36,039 nucleotides of DNA from Candidatus Peregrinibacteria bacterium (GCA_007133095.1 SLNK01000060.1:1-36039); one strand, 5' to 3'. Numbered from the stretch's first letter, positions 1 through 11,616 are shown. The notes: generated by a model from the sequence alone, not told the origin. Translations and numbers: made by a program.

Positions 1-837
1 AAGCGATTGCGGGTTGGCCACGCGGGGACACTGGATCCTTTGGCCACCGGATTGTTGTTAATTGCGATAGGGGAGGCCACTAAGCTTTTGGAGTTTTTTA
101 CGGGATTCGATAAGGAATATGAAGTTACCGGTAAATTCGGGTTTGTTTCCGATACTTTCGATGCTGACGGACTAATTGAAAAAAAGGATTCTGCCCGTAT
201 TTTGAGGTTTGAGAATTTGGATGATAAAGGAAAAATCGCGGAAATTAATAAGATTATAAAAGAAAAATTTATCGGAGAGATTCGACAGATTCCTCCGAAG
301 TTTTCGGCTTTGAAAATTGGTGGGAAGAAGGCTTACGAGCTTGCGAGAAAAGGAGAAGATTTGGAGATGTCTCCGCGCGATGTTGTTATTGATGATTTTG
401 AGATTGTTGATTTTGAATGGCCTTTTATAAGTTTTCGGGTTGCTTGCGGATCGGGGACTTATATAAGGTCTTTGATTCACGATCTGGGACGGGAGTTGGG
501 ATGTGGGGCTTACGTTGATGAATTAAGGCGCACGAAGGTTGGTGATTTTTCCGTTGAGAATGCGATAAAGATGAAAAGTTTTGATGAAGCTTGTGAGAGT
601 TGTGAAGGCGGCCCCGGGGCAGAATCACTGATTATTCCGATAGAGGAGATGCTTTCGGAATTTTCTGTTTATGAGTTGAGTGATGAGGACATTGAGGGAT
701 TAAAGGACGGGAAAGTTTTAGAAGGGCGGAATGTTGGGGGAAACGATGTGCCTGTCATCGGTTTGTATCAGGGGAGAGCTGTCGGTGTTTTGAAAAACGC
801 AAACGGAGGTGTTAAATTTGCGAAGGTTTTGTTGTGA
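1..837 (+). CDS. truB: tRNA pseudouridine(55) synthase TruB, 5' partial (ORF open to the window start)
   Basis: Frame 1 is open from nt 1. The RVGHAGTLDPLATGLL motif (catalytic Asp of the TruB family) lies at the N-terminal end of the visible part. TGA stop at 835-837. Confidence 0.9.
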   Translation, partial: KRLRVGHAGTLDPLATGLLLIAIGEATKLLEFFTGFDKEYEVTGKFGFVSDTFDADGLIEKKDSARILRFENLDDKGKIAEINKIIKEKFIGEIRQIPPKFSALKIGGKKAYELARKGEDLEMSPRDVVIDDFEIVDFEWPFISFRVACGSGTYIRSLIHDLGRELGCGAYVDELRRTKVGDFSVENAIKMKSFDEACESCEGGPGAESLIIPIEEMLSEFSVYELSDEDIEGLKDGKVLEGRNVGGNDVPVIGLYQGRAVGVLKNANGGVKFAKVLL

Positions 838-887
838 GCGGCGGCTTCGATATTTAAAAAATATTTTGTTTGTGGTAATTTTTTTGC

Positions 888-1928
888 ATGGAAGTTTTAT
901 TTCAATTTTTGTGGCCTGCAGTTGTAGCTTTTTTCATGGGAGTGTTTTTTGTCGGGCTTGCTATTAAACTTTTTCCGAAATGGGGGCTTTTGGACAGGCC
1001 TCACAGGTATGGCTTAAAAAGAAAACCGATTCCTTATTACGGGGGGATTGCTATTTTTGCGGCCTTTTTGGTTTCCGTTTTTATATTTTTCCCGTTGTCT
1101 CCGCAATTTTTGGGATTGCTTGTGGGGGCGACTATTATAGTTTCTTTGGGAGTTTTGGATGATTTGTTTGGAATAAGTCCTTTTATAAGGCTTGCCGTTC
1201 AGTTTGTGGCTTGTTTGATCCTTGTTTTTTCCGGAATAGGGATTCTTTCCATTAATTTGCCTTTTTTCGGGAGTTTTGATTTGAGTCAGCCGATGGTTGC
1301 GGGTGTTATGGTGTTGAGCGCTTTGTTCACTATTTTTTGGGTTATGGCTGTTTTGAACACTATGAATTTTGTCGACGGCATAGGAGGGTTGAGTAGCGGG
1401 GTTTCTTTTGTTGCCGGAATGACTATATTTTTTTTGAGCATCAATCCCGCATTACATGAGAATCCCGAAACTCAGTTGGGTGTGGCGACTCTGGCTATTA
1501 TTATAGCTATGATTTCGCTGGCGTTTTTGTTGTTCGACTTTCCGGCTCCAAGAATTTTGATGGGGGACGGAGGAAGCACTTTTCTGGGTTTTATGATTGC
1601 GGTTCTGGCGATTTTTTCCGGAGGAAAGATTGCGACAGCTTTTTTGGTTTTGGGTATTCCCATTTTGGACATGATTTGGGTTGTTTTACGTCGTGTCTGG
1701 AGTGGCCAGAAATTTTGGAAAGGGGATTTGAAGCATCTGCATCATAGACTTTTGGATTTGGGTTTTTCTCAAAGGAGAGTGGTTTTACTTTATCTTTCGA
1801 TTACTGCGGTTCTGGGATTTTCCGCGACTATGCTGGTGAGTAGTCAACAAAAGTTTTTTATGCTGATTGCTCTTGTTTTTTTGATGTTACTGTTGGCAAC
1901 AGCCATAGTTTTTGTTCCGCGGAGATAA
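888..1928 (+). CDS. Polyprenyl-phosphate sugar-1-phosphate transferase, GT4 family (WecA/TagO-like rather than MraY)
   Basis: 346 aa, multi-TM. Has the NTMNFVDGIGGL motif (NxxNxxDGxDGL) and HLHHRLLDLGFS (WecA-type HxHHRL rather than the MraY HHHFE). The WecA/MraY distinction is from memory of the family motifs. Confidence 0.8.
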   Translation: MEVLFQFLWPAVVAFFMGVFFVGLAIKLFPKWGLLDRPHRYGLKRKPIPYYGGIAIFAAFLVSVFIFFPLSPQFLGLLVGATIIVSLGVLDDLFGISPFIRLAVQFVACLILVFSGIGILSINLPFFGSFDLSQPMVAGVMVLSALFTIFWVMAVLNTMNFVDGIGGLSSGVSFVAGMTIFFLSINPALHENPETQLGVATLAIIIAMISLAFLLFDFPAPRILMGDGGSTFLGFMIAVLAIFSGGKIATAFLVLGIPILDMIWVVLRRVWSGQKFWKGDLKHLHHRLLDLGFSQRRVVLLYLSITAVLGFSATMLVSSQQKFFMLIALVFLMLLLATAIVFVPRR

Positions 1929-1936
1929 AAAATTTC

Positions 1937-1961
1937 TAAAATGGTGCCCGACTCCATTTTA
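1937..1961 (+). terminator. Weak AT-rich hairpin downstream of the GT4 gene; possible intrinsic terminator
   Basis: TAAAATGG-tgcccgact-CCATTTTA forms an 8-bp stem. It is followed by ACGCATTGCGTTTTTGCTTT. The stem is AT-rich, so this is weak. Confidence 0.25.
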
Positions 1962-2018
1962 CGCATTGCGTTTTTGCTTTGTATCTGATACTTTTCCCAT
2001 CGCTTTTAACGGTTTTTT

Positions 2019-3815
2019 ATGGCTGATTTGGTGGACGATATTAAATCGAGAATAGGGATTGAGGAGCTTGTTTCACAGTATGTACAACTCAAGAAGGCGG
2101 GGAGAAATTTAAAGGGACTTTGCCCTTTTCATAGTGAGAAAACTCCCAGTTTTGTTGTTAGTCCGGAAAAACAAATTTGCCATTGTTTCGGATGTAACAA
2201 GGGCGGAGATATTTTTGCTTTTATTCAGGAGCTGGAGGCTGTTTCTTTTGCGGAGGCCTTGCAAATTTTGGGGGATAAAGCCGGAATTAAGGTTGATTCT
2301 GCCAAGCTGCAAAAAGGTGCTCCAAAAAGCGAAAAGGATATTTATTTTAAAGCTCATGAATTGGCCTGTTCGTTTTTTGAAAAAGAGCTACATGGCACTG
2401 CCGAGGGAAAAAAGGTTTTGGATTATCTATATAGAAGAGGGCTTCATGATGAAATGATTAAGGAATTCAGAATCGGTTTTGCTCCGGATTCTTATGATTC
2501 ACTTCATTCGTATCTTTTGAAAAAAGGAATCCCAAAGGATGTATTGTATAAATCCGGACTTGTCTCCGCGAAAAATCTGGCGGATGACAACATTTATGAT
2601 AAATACAGGGCTCGTCTTATTTTTCCGATTTTTGATTATTTTGGTAAAGTTTGCGGGTTTGGGGGGCGGACCTTGAAGAAGGATCAGATGCCAAAGTATC
2701 TTAATTCGCCGGAAAATATTATTTATAATAAGAGCAAGCTTCTTTATGGTCTTTCTCATGCAAAAAAAGACATTAAGGAAAAGGATGTTCTTGTTTTGGT
2801 TGAGGGCTATTTTGATGTTATTCTACCTTATCAAGCAGGTGTGAGGAATGTTGTTGCAACTTCGGGAACTGCGTTGAGTGACGCACAGGCAAAGTTGATA
2901 AAAAGGCTTACCTCCAATGTTGTAACTTGTTTTGATAATGACAATGCCGGATTTGAAGCTACAAAACGGTCTTATTTTGTTTTGCGAAAATTCGATGTAA
3001 ATGTTAGGACTGTGGATGAAATGGAGGACAAGGATCCTGCGGATTTTGTGTGTGAAGAAAGCGGTAATTTTGATGATGTTGTTTCTTGCGCGAAGGATTT
3101 TACAGATGTTTTTATAGGCAAGTTGATAAATGACAACAATATTGAAACGATTTCCGGGAGGGGTACGGTTATTAGAGAGACTATGCCTCTATATGAAGGC
3201 ATGTCTCCCGTTGCCCGTGATTTTTTCATGCGAACTTTGGCAAAAAAACTAAGCTTGAAGGAATCCGTGCTTTATGACGAATTACAAAATTTGAGGTTAC
3301 GGAGTGATCATCCCGCACGTCTTAACGAGGAAAGCAAAAGTGAATCCGAAAGAACTTCCAGGTTGTCGTTGGGAACTATATTTTTATCTCTTTTATTGGA
3401 ATATCCTTTTTTGTTTTGTTTAATCCAAAATAAATTGGATTTAAATGATTTTGATGACGAATTTAAAAGTGTTTACAATGAGTTGACCAGTCAGTATAAT
3501 TCTGCTCAAGGCGAGGTTGAGACTTGGGATTTTAGTAAGGGAGTTTTGGCTGAATTAAGCGATAAAGTGAATTTTTTACGTTTATATGCCGAAAATTTGT
3601 ATGGAGAATTTGCAAGGGCGATGCTGGAAAGCGAATTGCTAAAACTTGTTGACAGAATGAGTGAGGAACGTAGAATCAGTAAGTTGAAAAATATTCAAAT
3701 TGAAATAGAGCAAGCCGAGAAGCGGGGAGACAAAGAAAAATTGAAGATTTTGTTGGGAGATCAGATGCGTGAGCTTAATAAGAAAACATTATGCCAAGAA
3801 CAACCAAATTCATAG
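2019..3815 (+). CDS. dnaG: DNA primase DnaG
   Basis: CHC2 zinc finger [36 protein letters not shown] motifs [10 protein letters not shown] and CFDNDNAG. 598 aa. Confidence 0.92.
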   Translation: MADLVDDIKSRIGIEELVSQYVQLKKAGRNLKGLCPFHSEKTPSFVVSPEKQICHCFGCNKGGDIFAFIQELEAVSFAEALQILGDKAGIKVDSAKLQKGAPKSEKDIYFKAHELACSFFEKELHGTAEGKKVLDYLYRRGLHDEMIKEFRIGFAPDSYDSLHSYLLKKGIPKDVLYKSGLVSAKNLADDNIYDKYRARLIFPIFDYFGKVCGFGGRTLKKDQMPKYLNSPENIIYNKSKLLYGLSHAKKDIKEKDVLVLVEGYFDVILPYQAGVRNVVATSGTALSDAQAKLIKRLTSNVVTCFDNDNAGFEATKRSYFVLRKFDVNVRTVDEMEDKDPADFVCEESGNFDDVVSCAKDFTDVFIGKLINDNNIETISGRGTVIRETMPLYEGMSPVARDFFMRTLAKKLSLKESVLYDELQNLRLRSDHPARLNEESKSESERTSRLSLGTIFLSLLLEYPFLFCLIQNKLDLNDFDDEFKSVYNELTSQYNSAQGEVETWDFSKGVLAELSDKVNFLRLYAENLYGEFARAMLESELLKLVDRMSEERRISKLKNIQIEIEQAEKRGDKEKLKILLGDQMRELNKKTLCQEQPNS

Positions 3816-5020
3816 ATCATCCCTCCGATGATCAGATGTCAAAATTCCCTAAGGAAGTGCAAGATTTGGTAAAGAAAGGAAAGGAACAAGGATTTGTCAC
3901 TCATCAAGGACTTCTAAAGGCTGTTCCCAAGGTGGAGGATGATTTGATCCTTCTCGATGAAATTTACAGTTTGTTTGTTGATTTTGGGATAGAGGTTTTG
4001 GATACCAAGGATGTTCTTGCATTGGATAATAAGGAATGGGCCAAGGGTTCGGGGAAAGTGGTTTCTCCCGCTGGCGCAAAGAAAGAGCAAGGAGATGAGG
4101 CTCTTTCTGATTTTGATGACGATATTGAGGTTGAGCAAAGATTTTCCGTCAAGGAGAGAAAAGAGAGCAAGAAGAGAAAGGAGGCCGAATATAAAGAAAT
4201 AGCAAATGATTCAATTCGGCTTTATTTATGCGAAATCGGGAAGGTGGACTTATTGAGTGCGAGGGAGGAAGTGGATTTGGCGCGTAGAATTGCAAAGGGA
4301 GATCAATCCGCCAAGGCAAAACTGGCGGAAGCGAATTTGCGTTTGGTTGTAAGTATCGCAAAAAAATATATCGGAAGGGGCTTGTCCTTTTTGGACTTGA
4401 TACAGGAAGGGAATATCGGTTTATTTCGAGCTGTTGAAAAATTTGATCCCAATAGAGGTTTTAAATTTTCCACTTATGCGACATGGTGGATTCGGCAGGC
4501 TATTACTCGCGCTATTGCTGATCAGGCGAGGACCATAAGAATTCCGGTTCACATGGTTGAAACGATAAATAAATTAACGCACGCACAGAGAAGGCTTGTA
4601 CAGGAATTGGGGCGGGAGCCTTTGGTAGAGGAGTTGGCGGCGGAAATGGACATGGATGTGAAAAAAGTCAGACATATAATGAAAATTTCTCAGGATATAG
4701 TTTCTCTTGAAGCTCCGGTCGGGACTGAAGAAGACAGTAAATTGGGGGATTTCATTGAGGATGATGAAGCTTTATCTCCTTCGGATTCGACAAACAGACA
4801 GCTTATTAAAGAGAATATACATGAAATGTTGCAATATCTTTCTCCTCGTGAAAGAAAAATAATAGAAATGAGATTTGGATTGAAGGATGGAGTGGGACAT
4901 ACGTTAGAGGAAGTGGGGCAAGAATTCCATGTTACCAGAGAGCGTATTCGGCAAATTGAGGCTAAAGTCTTGCAAAAATTAAAGGAACATCCAACAAGTA
5001 TTAAGATTCGGCCACATTAA
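3791..5020 (+). CDS. rpoD: RNA polymerase primary sigma factor (sigma-70 family, RpoD)
   Basis: Region 2 [40 protein letters not shown], and region 4.2 [27 protein letters not shown]. The ATG at 3791 overlaps the dnaG end by 25 nt; the alternative ATG at 3836 (MSKFPKE) is equally plausible. Confidence 0.9.
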   Translation: MPRTTKFIDHPSDDQMSKFPKEVQDLVKKGKEQGFVTHQGLLKAVPKVEDDLILLDEIYSLFVDFGIEVLDTKDVLALDNKEWAKGSGKVVSPAGAKKEQGDEALSDFDDDIEVEQRFSVKERKESKKRKEAEYKEIANDSIRLYLCEIGKVDLLSAREEVDLARRIAKGDQSAKAKLAEANLRLVVSIAKKYIGRGLSFLDLIQEGNIGLFRAVEKFDPNRGFKFSTYATWWIRQAITRAIADQARTIRIPVHMVETINKLTHAQRRLVQELGREPLVEELAAEMDMDVKKVRHIMKISQDIVSLEAPVGTEEDSKLGDFIEDDEALSPSDSTNRQLIKENIHEMLQYLSPRERKIIEMRFGLKDGVGHTLEEVGQEFHVTRERIRQIEAKVLQKLKEHPTSIKIRPH

Positions 5021-5041
5021 TATCAATAACTTATATATAAA

Positions 5042-5581
5042 ATGCCTACAAAAAAGACCAAAAAATCGTCAATTGAAACGACGGAAGATCAACTTTTAAC
5101 TAGTACTGGAGAAAAGGCTACTTTGATCACAAAGGAAGGTTTGGAGAAGCTGAAAGAAGAGCTGAACAATCTTAAAAATGTTAAACGAAAAGAAGTTGCT
5201 GAAAGAATAAAGGAGGCCATTTCTTACGGGGACTTATCAGAAAATTCTGAATATGAAGAAGCTAAAAATGAACAAGCTTTTGTAGAAGGGAGAATTCTTG
5301 AGTTGGAGAATAAAGTTAAGCATGCCAAGATAATTACGGAAAGGCAAAAAACTTCCGGAGTGCAGATAGGGACAACGGTTCATCTGAAGAATTTAACGAA
5401 AAAAAAGGAGGATGAAGAGGTTTATACCATTGTCGGGTCTACGGAGGCAGATCCTTTTAACGGCAAAATATCCAACGAATCACCGGTTGGCAGAGCTCTT
5501 TTGGATAAGGAAAAAGGAGACAAAGTAAGAGTTGTTGTCCCCGCCGGGTTTGTTGAATATCAAGTTTCGAAAGTTGACTGA
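5042..5581 (+). CDS. greA: Transcription elongation factor GreA, with a roughly 25-aa N-terminal extension
   Basis: ITKEGLEKLKEELNNLKNVKRKEVAERIKEAISYGDLSENSEYEEAKNEQAFVEGRILELE is the canonical GreA coiled-coil with the acidic tip. C-terminal ISNESPVGRALL motif. TGA stop. Confidence 0.9.
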   Translation: MPTKKTKKSSIETTEDQLLTSTGEKATLITKEGLEKLKEELNNLKNVKRKEVAERIKEAISYGDLSENSEYEEAKNEQAFVEGRILELENKVKHAKIITERQKTSGVQIGTTVHLKNLTKKKEDEEVYTIVGSTEADPFNGKISNESPVGRALLDKEKGDKVRVVVPAGFVEYQVSKVD

Positions 5582-5592
5582 TATTTAAGCCT

Positions 5593-6027
5593 TTATCGTC
5601 TTTTCTTGTTGGGTAGATATTTTTTTTCGCTAACCTTTCTTTTTTTGCTGTGCATTCTGATATCAAGATTTTCTCTTTCTCTCGGATATTTTACCTTGTA
5701 TGTTTTTATGGTTGAGTAGAGGAAAAACGCTAAAAGAAGGAATGACAGATATAGCCAGATTCGCATTGAAAAATAGGGGATGCTTTCGTATCTGACTAGA
5801 GTCAGAATTAAAAAGAGCAACCCCAAAAGGATCAGTCTTGCAGCGGTTTTTTGGAATAATTTTTTGAAGGCAAAATCTTCTTTTTTTCTTTTTTTGTAAA
5901 TTATGGAAAAGGCGAGGCCTCCTATTATAAGTATCGTTATAAGAATTATCATCGGAATGTAGAATTTGAATTGGCTTCCCGGATGTGGACTGAGAAGATA
6001 ATAAAACAGTGAGCTTATTGTATTCAT
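5593..6027 (-). CDS. Hypothetical small membrane protein (about 3 TM helices, very basic C-terminus)
   Basis: 144-aa ORF. Its start overlaps the lgt stop by 4 nt, suggesting translational coupling. It has hydrophobic segments and a KKRKVSEKKYLPNKKRR tail. No recognisable family. Confidence 0.5.
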   Translation of the reverse strand: MNTISSLFYYLLSPHPGSQFKFYIPMIILITILIIGGLAFSIIYKKRKKEDFAFKKLFQKTAARLILLGLLFLILTLVRYESIPYFSMRIWLYLSFLLLAFFLYSTIKTYKVKYPRERENLDIRMHSKKRKVSEKKYLPNKKRR

Positions 6028-6836
6028 TTTTTACGTTGTTTAAAGATTGCCGATCTTTTGTGGATTTTATTATATCTTAAATAAAATATTGCACCAGTAA
6101 AGATGATGAACAAGAAAATAATTATTTTTGGCGATCTGATTCCCAGGATCAATATTGTATCGTCTCCTCTTAGGAACTCCTCTATGAAGCGGAATACGCT
6201 ATACGCCCCGATGCCTCCAATCCCCATCAATCCCGTATTTTCTTCGGCTTTGAATTTTGGGCTGCTGAATAGAGTCATTAAACTTATTGCTATTATTGAT
6301 GAGTAAACGAATGCATAAATTTGTGTGGGATGAATTGGAACCGTATATTTTACCAAAGGGCTTGCAAAGTTTACTCCCCAAGGTAAGGAAGTGGGGGATC
6401 CGTAGTTTATTCCTCCGAAGAAAGCGCCCATGTGTCCTATCGCAAGGGCTATTATTCCCGCGGGGACTATTACATCCAGCCATCTCCAAAAATTTTGTTC
6501 CTCTTTTTTGCATGCGAAATAAAAATATATGAAAAAGGCTATTGCTCCTCCGAAAAGGCTAAGTTCGTTATCCCAAATGAAAAATATTCTGGGGATTGAA
6601 TCCAGTCCGAAGTCGTAAAAATATGTTCTAAAATTTATAAGAACCGCTGTTGCTCTTGCCCCAACAAAGGTCCAAAATATTAATTTTAAGGAAATTGAGC
6701 TTAAAAATTGCAGTTTGAGGCTGTTATTTATGCTTAATTTTATCAAAATGTAGACACCTGTGATTATAGCTATTCCCAAAAATATCCAGATTGTATGTAG
6801 CGTGAAAAATTTGCTTTGTAATATTAATGGGTACAT
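6024..6836 (-). CDS. lgt: Prolipoprotein diacylglyceryl transferase (Lgt), divergent
   Basis: 270 aa, polytopic. Has IHPTQIY (HPxQLYE motif) and YSVFRFIEEFLRGDD (YGxFRFxxEFFRxPD motif). The canonical GRxGNF signature is replaced by GHMGAFF (see findings). Confidence 0.8.
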   Translation of the reverse strand: MYPLILQSKFFTLHTIWIFLGIAIITGVYILIKLSINNSLKLQFLSSISLKLIFWTFVGARATAVLINFRTYFYDFGLDSIPRIFFIWDNELSLFGGAIAFFIYFYFACKKEEQNFWRWLDVIVPAGIIALAIGHMGAFFGGINYGSPTSLPWGVNFASPLVKYTVPIHPTQIYAFVYSSIIAISLMTLFSSPKFKAEENTGLMGIGGIGAYSVFRFIEEFLRGDDTILILGIRSPKIIIFLFIIFTGAIFYLRYNKIHKRSAIFKQRKK

Positions 6837-6838
6837 TC

Positions 6839-8242
6839 CTAAAAATTAAGTATGGCTATTATTGAGGCGATTATAAAAGCGGGAATTATTATAATGTTTG
6901 CTAGCATATTTCCCCTGAAGAAATTTACTTTGATCGCCGTGCTGCTGTGAAGTAGGAATAGTACTACGAGTATGTATTTGAATATTCTGCTTGTGTAAAC
7001 TTCAAACCCTTCGGGGACATACACCAGCCCGAAATCTTTTGTGTTTAGATATAAGGCGCTGAAGTAGTAGATTAGATAAAATGCTAGCAACCAACCTGTC
7101 AGTGAGTTCAATTCTTCCACGAAGGAAAACAAAATATTTTCTTCTTTTTCTTCATCTTCTCCCTGTCTTACTTCTCCGGATGTCTTTAACTGTTTTTTTA
7201 ATGTCTTTAAATCCCTTATTGCTTTTTTTCTGGTTTCCCAAGTGGTTTTTAAGTTTTCTTTTACGGCTGCTTTGTACTTTGGCGTGGGTTCTTTAAAGTA
7301 TAGTTTTATAAGGTCTTTCAATTCTTTATTAAGCGCTCTGATTTTTTGTTTTTGAACCTTTATTTCCGGGGGGACGGTGAGTGCGCTTTTGATTTTATTC
7401 AAAAGTGGGGAGATAAATTTATTTGGTCCATGCTTTTTCTCCCATTCGTCAATTTTTTCTGTTATGTTTTCTGAAATACTTTTTTTCTCTTCATCTTTCA
7501 GGGTGTTGAGTATTTTTCCGGTTTCCAGTTTTAGTTTGAGGGTGCTTTCTTCATCTCCCGGTTTGTCCTTTTTCTCCGCTTGTTTTTTTATGAAGTCCAA
7601 TAGATCTTCCGCGGTGACCAATATGTAGTCCAAATTTTTGGAATTTTTTATTCGGAGCAATTTATCTATTTTCTTTTGGATTTCGCTTTTTTGAGTCGGG
7701 TCAAATTCTTTGTCGAATGTTTGAAGGAGCTGATTTACATCGTTGAGGATATTATCTATTTTTGTTCTTGTTTTCAGCTCTTTTTTCCTCAGTTGTGGAT
7801 CTTTGCTAAGGCTTTCTTCATCGTCTTCTTTTTTCTCTTCTAGTTCCTTGCCTTTCTGTTCTTTACTTGCTTTTGCTTCTTCTTCTTGCAGATTTATTGC
7901 CCCTGTTTTTTTAGCTTCTTCCACTTGCTCCTGACTTGATCCTTGAGGCCATATCGCGCTTACTATCAATGAATATTCGGTTTTTAATTTGGCTAGAGCT
8001 TCTTCCTGCGTTTTTGCGGGGATGGTTCCGTTAACAAGCTTTCCCGTTTTGTCCGTAGCTTCGAATTCAAATTTTGTTTTTGAAGGGTCTTCTTTTTGCT
8101 CCACTTGTGTTTCTTGTAAAGTCAAAATTGTGAAGCCCAAATTGTTTAATTCTTCTCTCGCGATTTGTTCATCCGAGGCTTCTACGGTTCCGCTGAGTTT
8201 TTTCCCCTCTGTATTAGTTACCGTGTACTTAAAGATTGGCAT
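6839..8242 (-). CDS. Hypothetical membrane protein: two GspF/PilC-N-terminus-like repeats, a long Lys/Glu-rich coiled-coil and C-terminal TM helices
   Basis: 467-aa ORF packed between pyrG (10-nt gap) and lgt (2-nt gap). The N-terminus MPIFKYTVTNTEGKKLSGTVEASDEQIAREELNNLGFTILTL resembles the extreme N-terminus of T2SS/T4P platform proteins. A second copy is KFEFEATDKTGKLVNGTIPAKTQEEALAKLKTEY. The C-terminal 90 aa are hydrophobic. Confidence 0.6.
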   Translation of the reverse strand: MPIFKYTVTNTEGKKLSGTVEASDEQIAREELNNLGFTILTLQETQVEQKEDPSKTKFEFEATDKTGKLVNGTIPAKTQEEALAKLKTEYSLIVSAIWPQGSSQEQVEEAKKTGAINLQEEEAKASKEQKGKELEEKKEDDEESLSKDPQLRKKELKTRTKIDNILNDVNQLLQTFDKEFDPTQKSEIQKKIDKLLRIKNSKNLDYILVTAEDLLDFIKKQAEKKDKPGDEESTLKLKLETGKILNTLKDEEKKSISENITEKIDEWEKKHGPNKFISPLLNKIKSALTVPPEIKVQKQKIRALNKELKDLIKLYFKEPTPKYKAAVKENLKTTWETRKKAIRDLKTLKKQLKTSGEVRQGEDEEKEENILFSFVEELNSLTGWLLAFYLIYYFSALYLNTKDFGLVYVPEGFEVYTSRIFKYILVVLFLLHSSTAIKVNFFRGNMLANIIIIPAFIIASIIAILNF

Positions 8243-8252
8243 TTTGGGACGA

Positions 8253-9869
<1,617 letters not shown>

Positions 9870-9946
9870 TCACTTTGTTAAGTTTCATAAAATCGTCTAC
9901 CTGTTCAATTTAGATTAAGCGGTGTGAAAGTTCAAGCATTTTTGCT

Positions 9947-10639
9947 CTAACATGGAGATTGGGGCATTTTTTCCAATTCTCTTGTTTTTTTGATTTCTTC
10001 GATTTCTTTTGTTTTTAAAACCAAAGTCAGCACTTCCACCATTTCCTGGAATCTAGTTATAAGCTTCAAGATGGGGTCTTCAAGATTTTTCGCTTTCTGG
10101 GTATTGCAGCGTGGCATCGCGTTAAGGGCCTCCCCATATCCTCTTATAGCCATATGCTTGCTGTAATCTTGAAGTTCTTTTTCTCCCATTATTCTTCTTA
10201 GGTGTCTATTCCCCGTGTAACCTGCGGCAAAATGAGTTGCAGTATCTCCTAGAGTGATCCCTTGTTCAAATTTCATTGAGGCGCTTTCAGTTTCAAGGAG
10301 CACTTTCAACATCGCTTGAAGGGTTGTTCTGCTTAGATCCTTATCTTTGAAGTTTCTTAATATAATGCCTGTTATCGGAAAAATAAGTTCACTTCCTTTT
10401 TTGTGTTCCAGTCTTAATATTGCGTCGGCCACTATGGACATAACGGAATCGCATATTGATTGTCGTGTTTTTCCGATAGAGCTCAGGGTTTCCAATATCA
10501 GTTTATCGTTGTCTGCGTCAGTTTTTCCAATTACAACAAGTTGCAGGCCTTTTACGTCGGAGGCTGTTTTTGTTTCTTCCACTTCTGTTATATCTTTTTC
10601 CTCTGAGGAGGCATCTTCCGAGTTTTTCATTATTGACAA
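9947..10639 (-). CDS. Hypothetical protein (230 aa), no recognisable domain
   Basis: Long ORF co-directional with trpS (5-nt gap upstream) and pyrG (80-nt gap downstream). Acidic N-terminus, predicted soluble. No motif I can name. Confidence 0.5.
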   Translation of the reverse strand: MSIMKNSEDASSEEKDITEVEETKTASDVKGLQLVVIGKTDADNDKLILETLSSIGKTRQSICDSVMSIVADAILRLEHKKGSELIFPITGIILRNFKDKDLSRTTLQAMLKVLLETESASMKFEQGITLGDTATHFAAGYTGNRHLRRIMGEKELQDYSKHMAIRGYGEALNAMPRCNTQKAKNLEDPILKLITRFQEMVEVLTLVLKTKEIEEIKKTRELEKMPQSPC

Positions 10640-10644
10640 AACCG

Positions 10645-11616
10645 TTATTTATATCCGGTTTTCCCTTTTACCTCATCGAGGGTACTGATTGCAATAGATT
10701 TTGCTTTTTTTGATCCTTCTTCCAAAACCTGTGTGACAAAATTTCTTTTACCCATAAGATTTTCATATTTTTCACGGGCTTGTTCAAAGTGGGAAAGTAT
10801 TTTTTCCAACAAAAGTTTTTTAGCGTCTCCGTATCCGAGACCTCCTTGTTTGTATCTTTCCGCAAGTTCTTCTGTTTCTTCTGGAGTTGCCAGAAGTTTG
10901 TAGAGTTTGAAAACCGTGCATTCCTCCGGGGTTTTGGGATCTTCCACGGGAGTTGAATCCGTAATTATCCCCATTACTTGTTTTTTCAGTTCTTTTTCCT
11001 GCGCGAATATGTCTATTGTGTTTCCGTAAGATTTACTCATTTTTTGCCCGTCCGTGCCTGGGACAACCGCCACTTCTTCTTTTATTTCCGGCTCCGGAAG
11101 TTTAAATGTTTCCCCGAAAAGGTTATTGAACGTTGTCGCGATGTCTCTGGTCATCTCTATGTGTTGTTTCTGGTCTTTCCCTACCGGAACCAAATCCGGT
11201 TTATACAGAAGAATATCGGCTGCTTGAAGGACGGGATAGTTAAACAGCCCCATTGTCGGTTCTTTCATTCCCTTGTTTTTTGCATCTTTCCAGGCGTGGG
11301 CTCTTTCAAGGAAAGGAACTGTTACAAGACAGTCAAAAATCCAACAAAGTTCCGCGTGTTCGGAAATATCGGATTGCTTGAAGAAAACCGTTTTTTTGGG
11401 GTCCAGTCCCAGTGCCAGGTATGCAACCGCCAGTTCATGAGTTTGGGATCGCATCAACTCCGGATCTTTTACCGTTGTGAGCGCGTGGAGATCTGCAATG
11501 AATAAAAAGCATTCATATTCTTCCTGCATTTCTATGTGCCTACGCATGGCTCCCAAGTAATTACCCAGATGGGGATGACCGCTTGGTTGTACTCCTGAAA
11601 GAATTCTTTTTTTCAT
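10645..11616 (-). CDS. trpS: Tryptophan--tRNA ligase
   Basis: Class I HIGH-type motif GVQPSGHPHLGNYLGA and KMSKS motif (KMSKSYGN). 323 aa. 4-nt overlap with the priA stop. Confidence 0.95.
   Translation of the reverse strand: MKKRILSGVQPSGHPHLGNYLGAMRRHIEMQEEYECFLFIADLHALTTVKDPELMRSQTHELAVAYLALGLDPKKTVFFKQSDISEHAELCWIFDCLVTVPFLERAHAWKDAKNKGMKEPTMGLFNYPVLQAADILLYKPDLVPVGKDQKQHIEMTRDIATTFNNLFGETFKLPEPEIKEEVAVVPGTDGQKMSKSYGNTIDIFAQEKELKKQVMGIITDSTPVEDPKTPEECTVFKLYKLLATPEETEELAERYKQGGLGYGDAKKLLLEKILSHFEQAREKYENLMGKRNFVTQVLEEGSKKAKSIAISTLDEVKGKTGYK

Noticed and set aside
3791-3815. The 25-nt dnaG/rpoD overlap as a programmed frameshift or fusion
   Set aside because: Both proteins are complete with normal termini. 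There is no slippery heptamer, and a simple alternative rpoD start exists at 3836. This is an ordinary compact-genome overlap or a start-site ambiguity.
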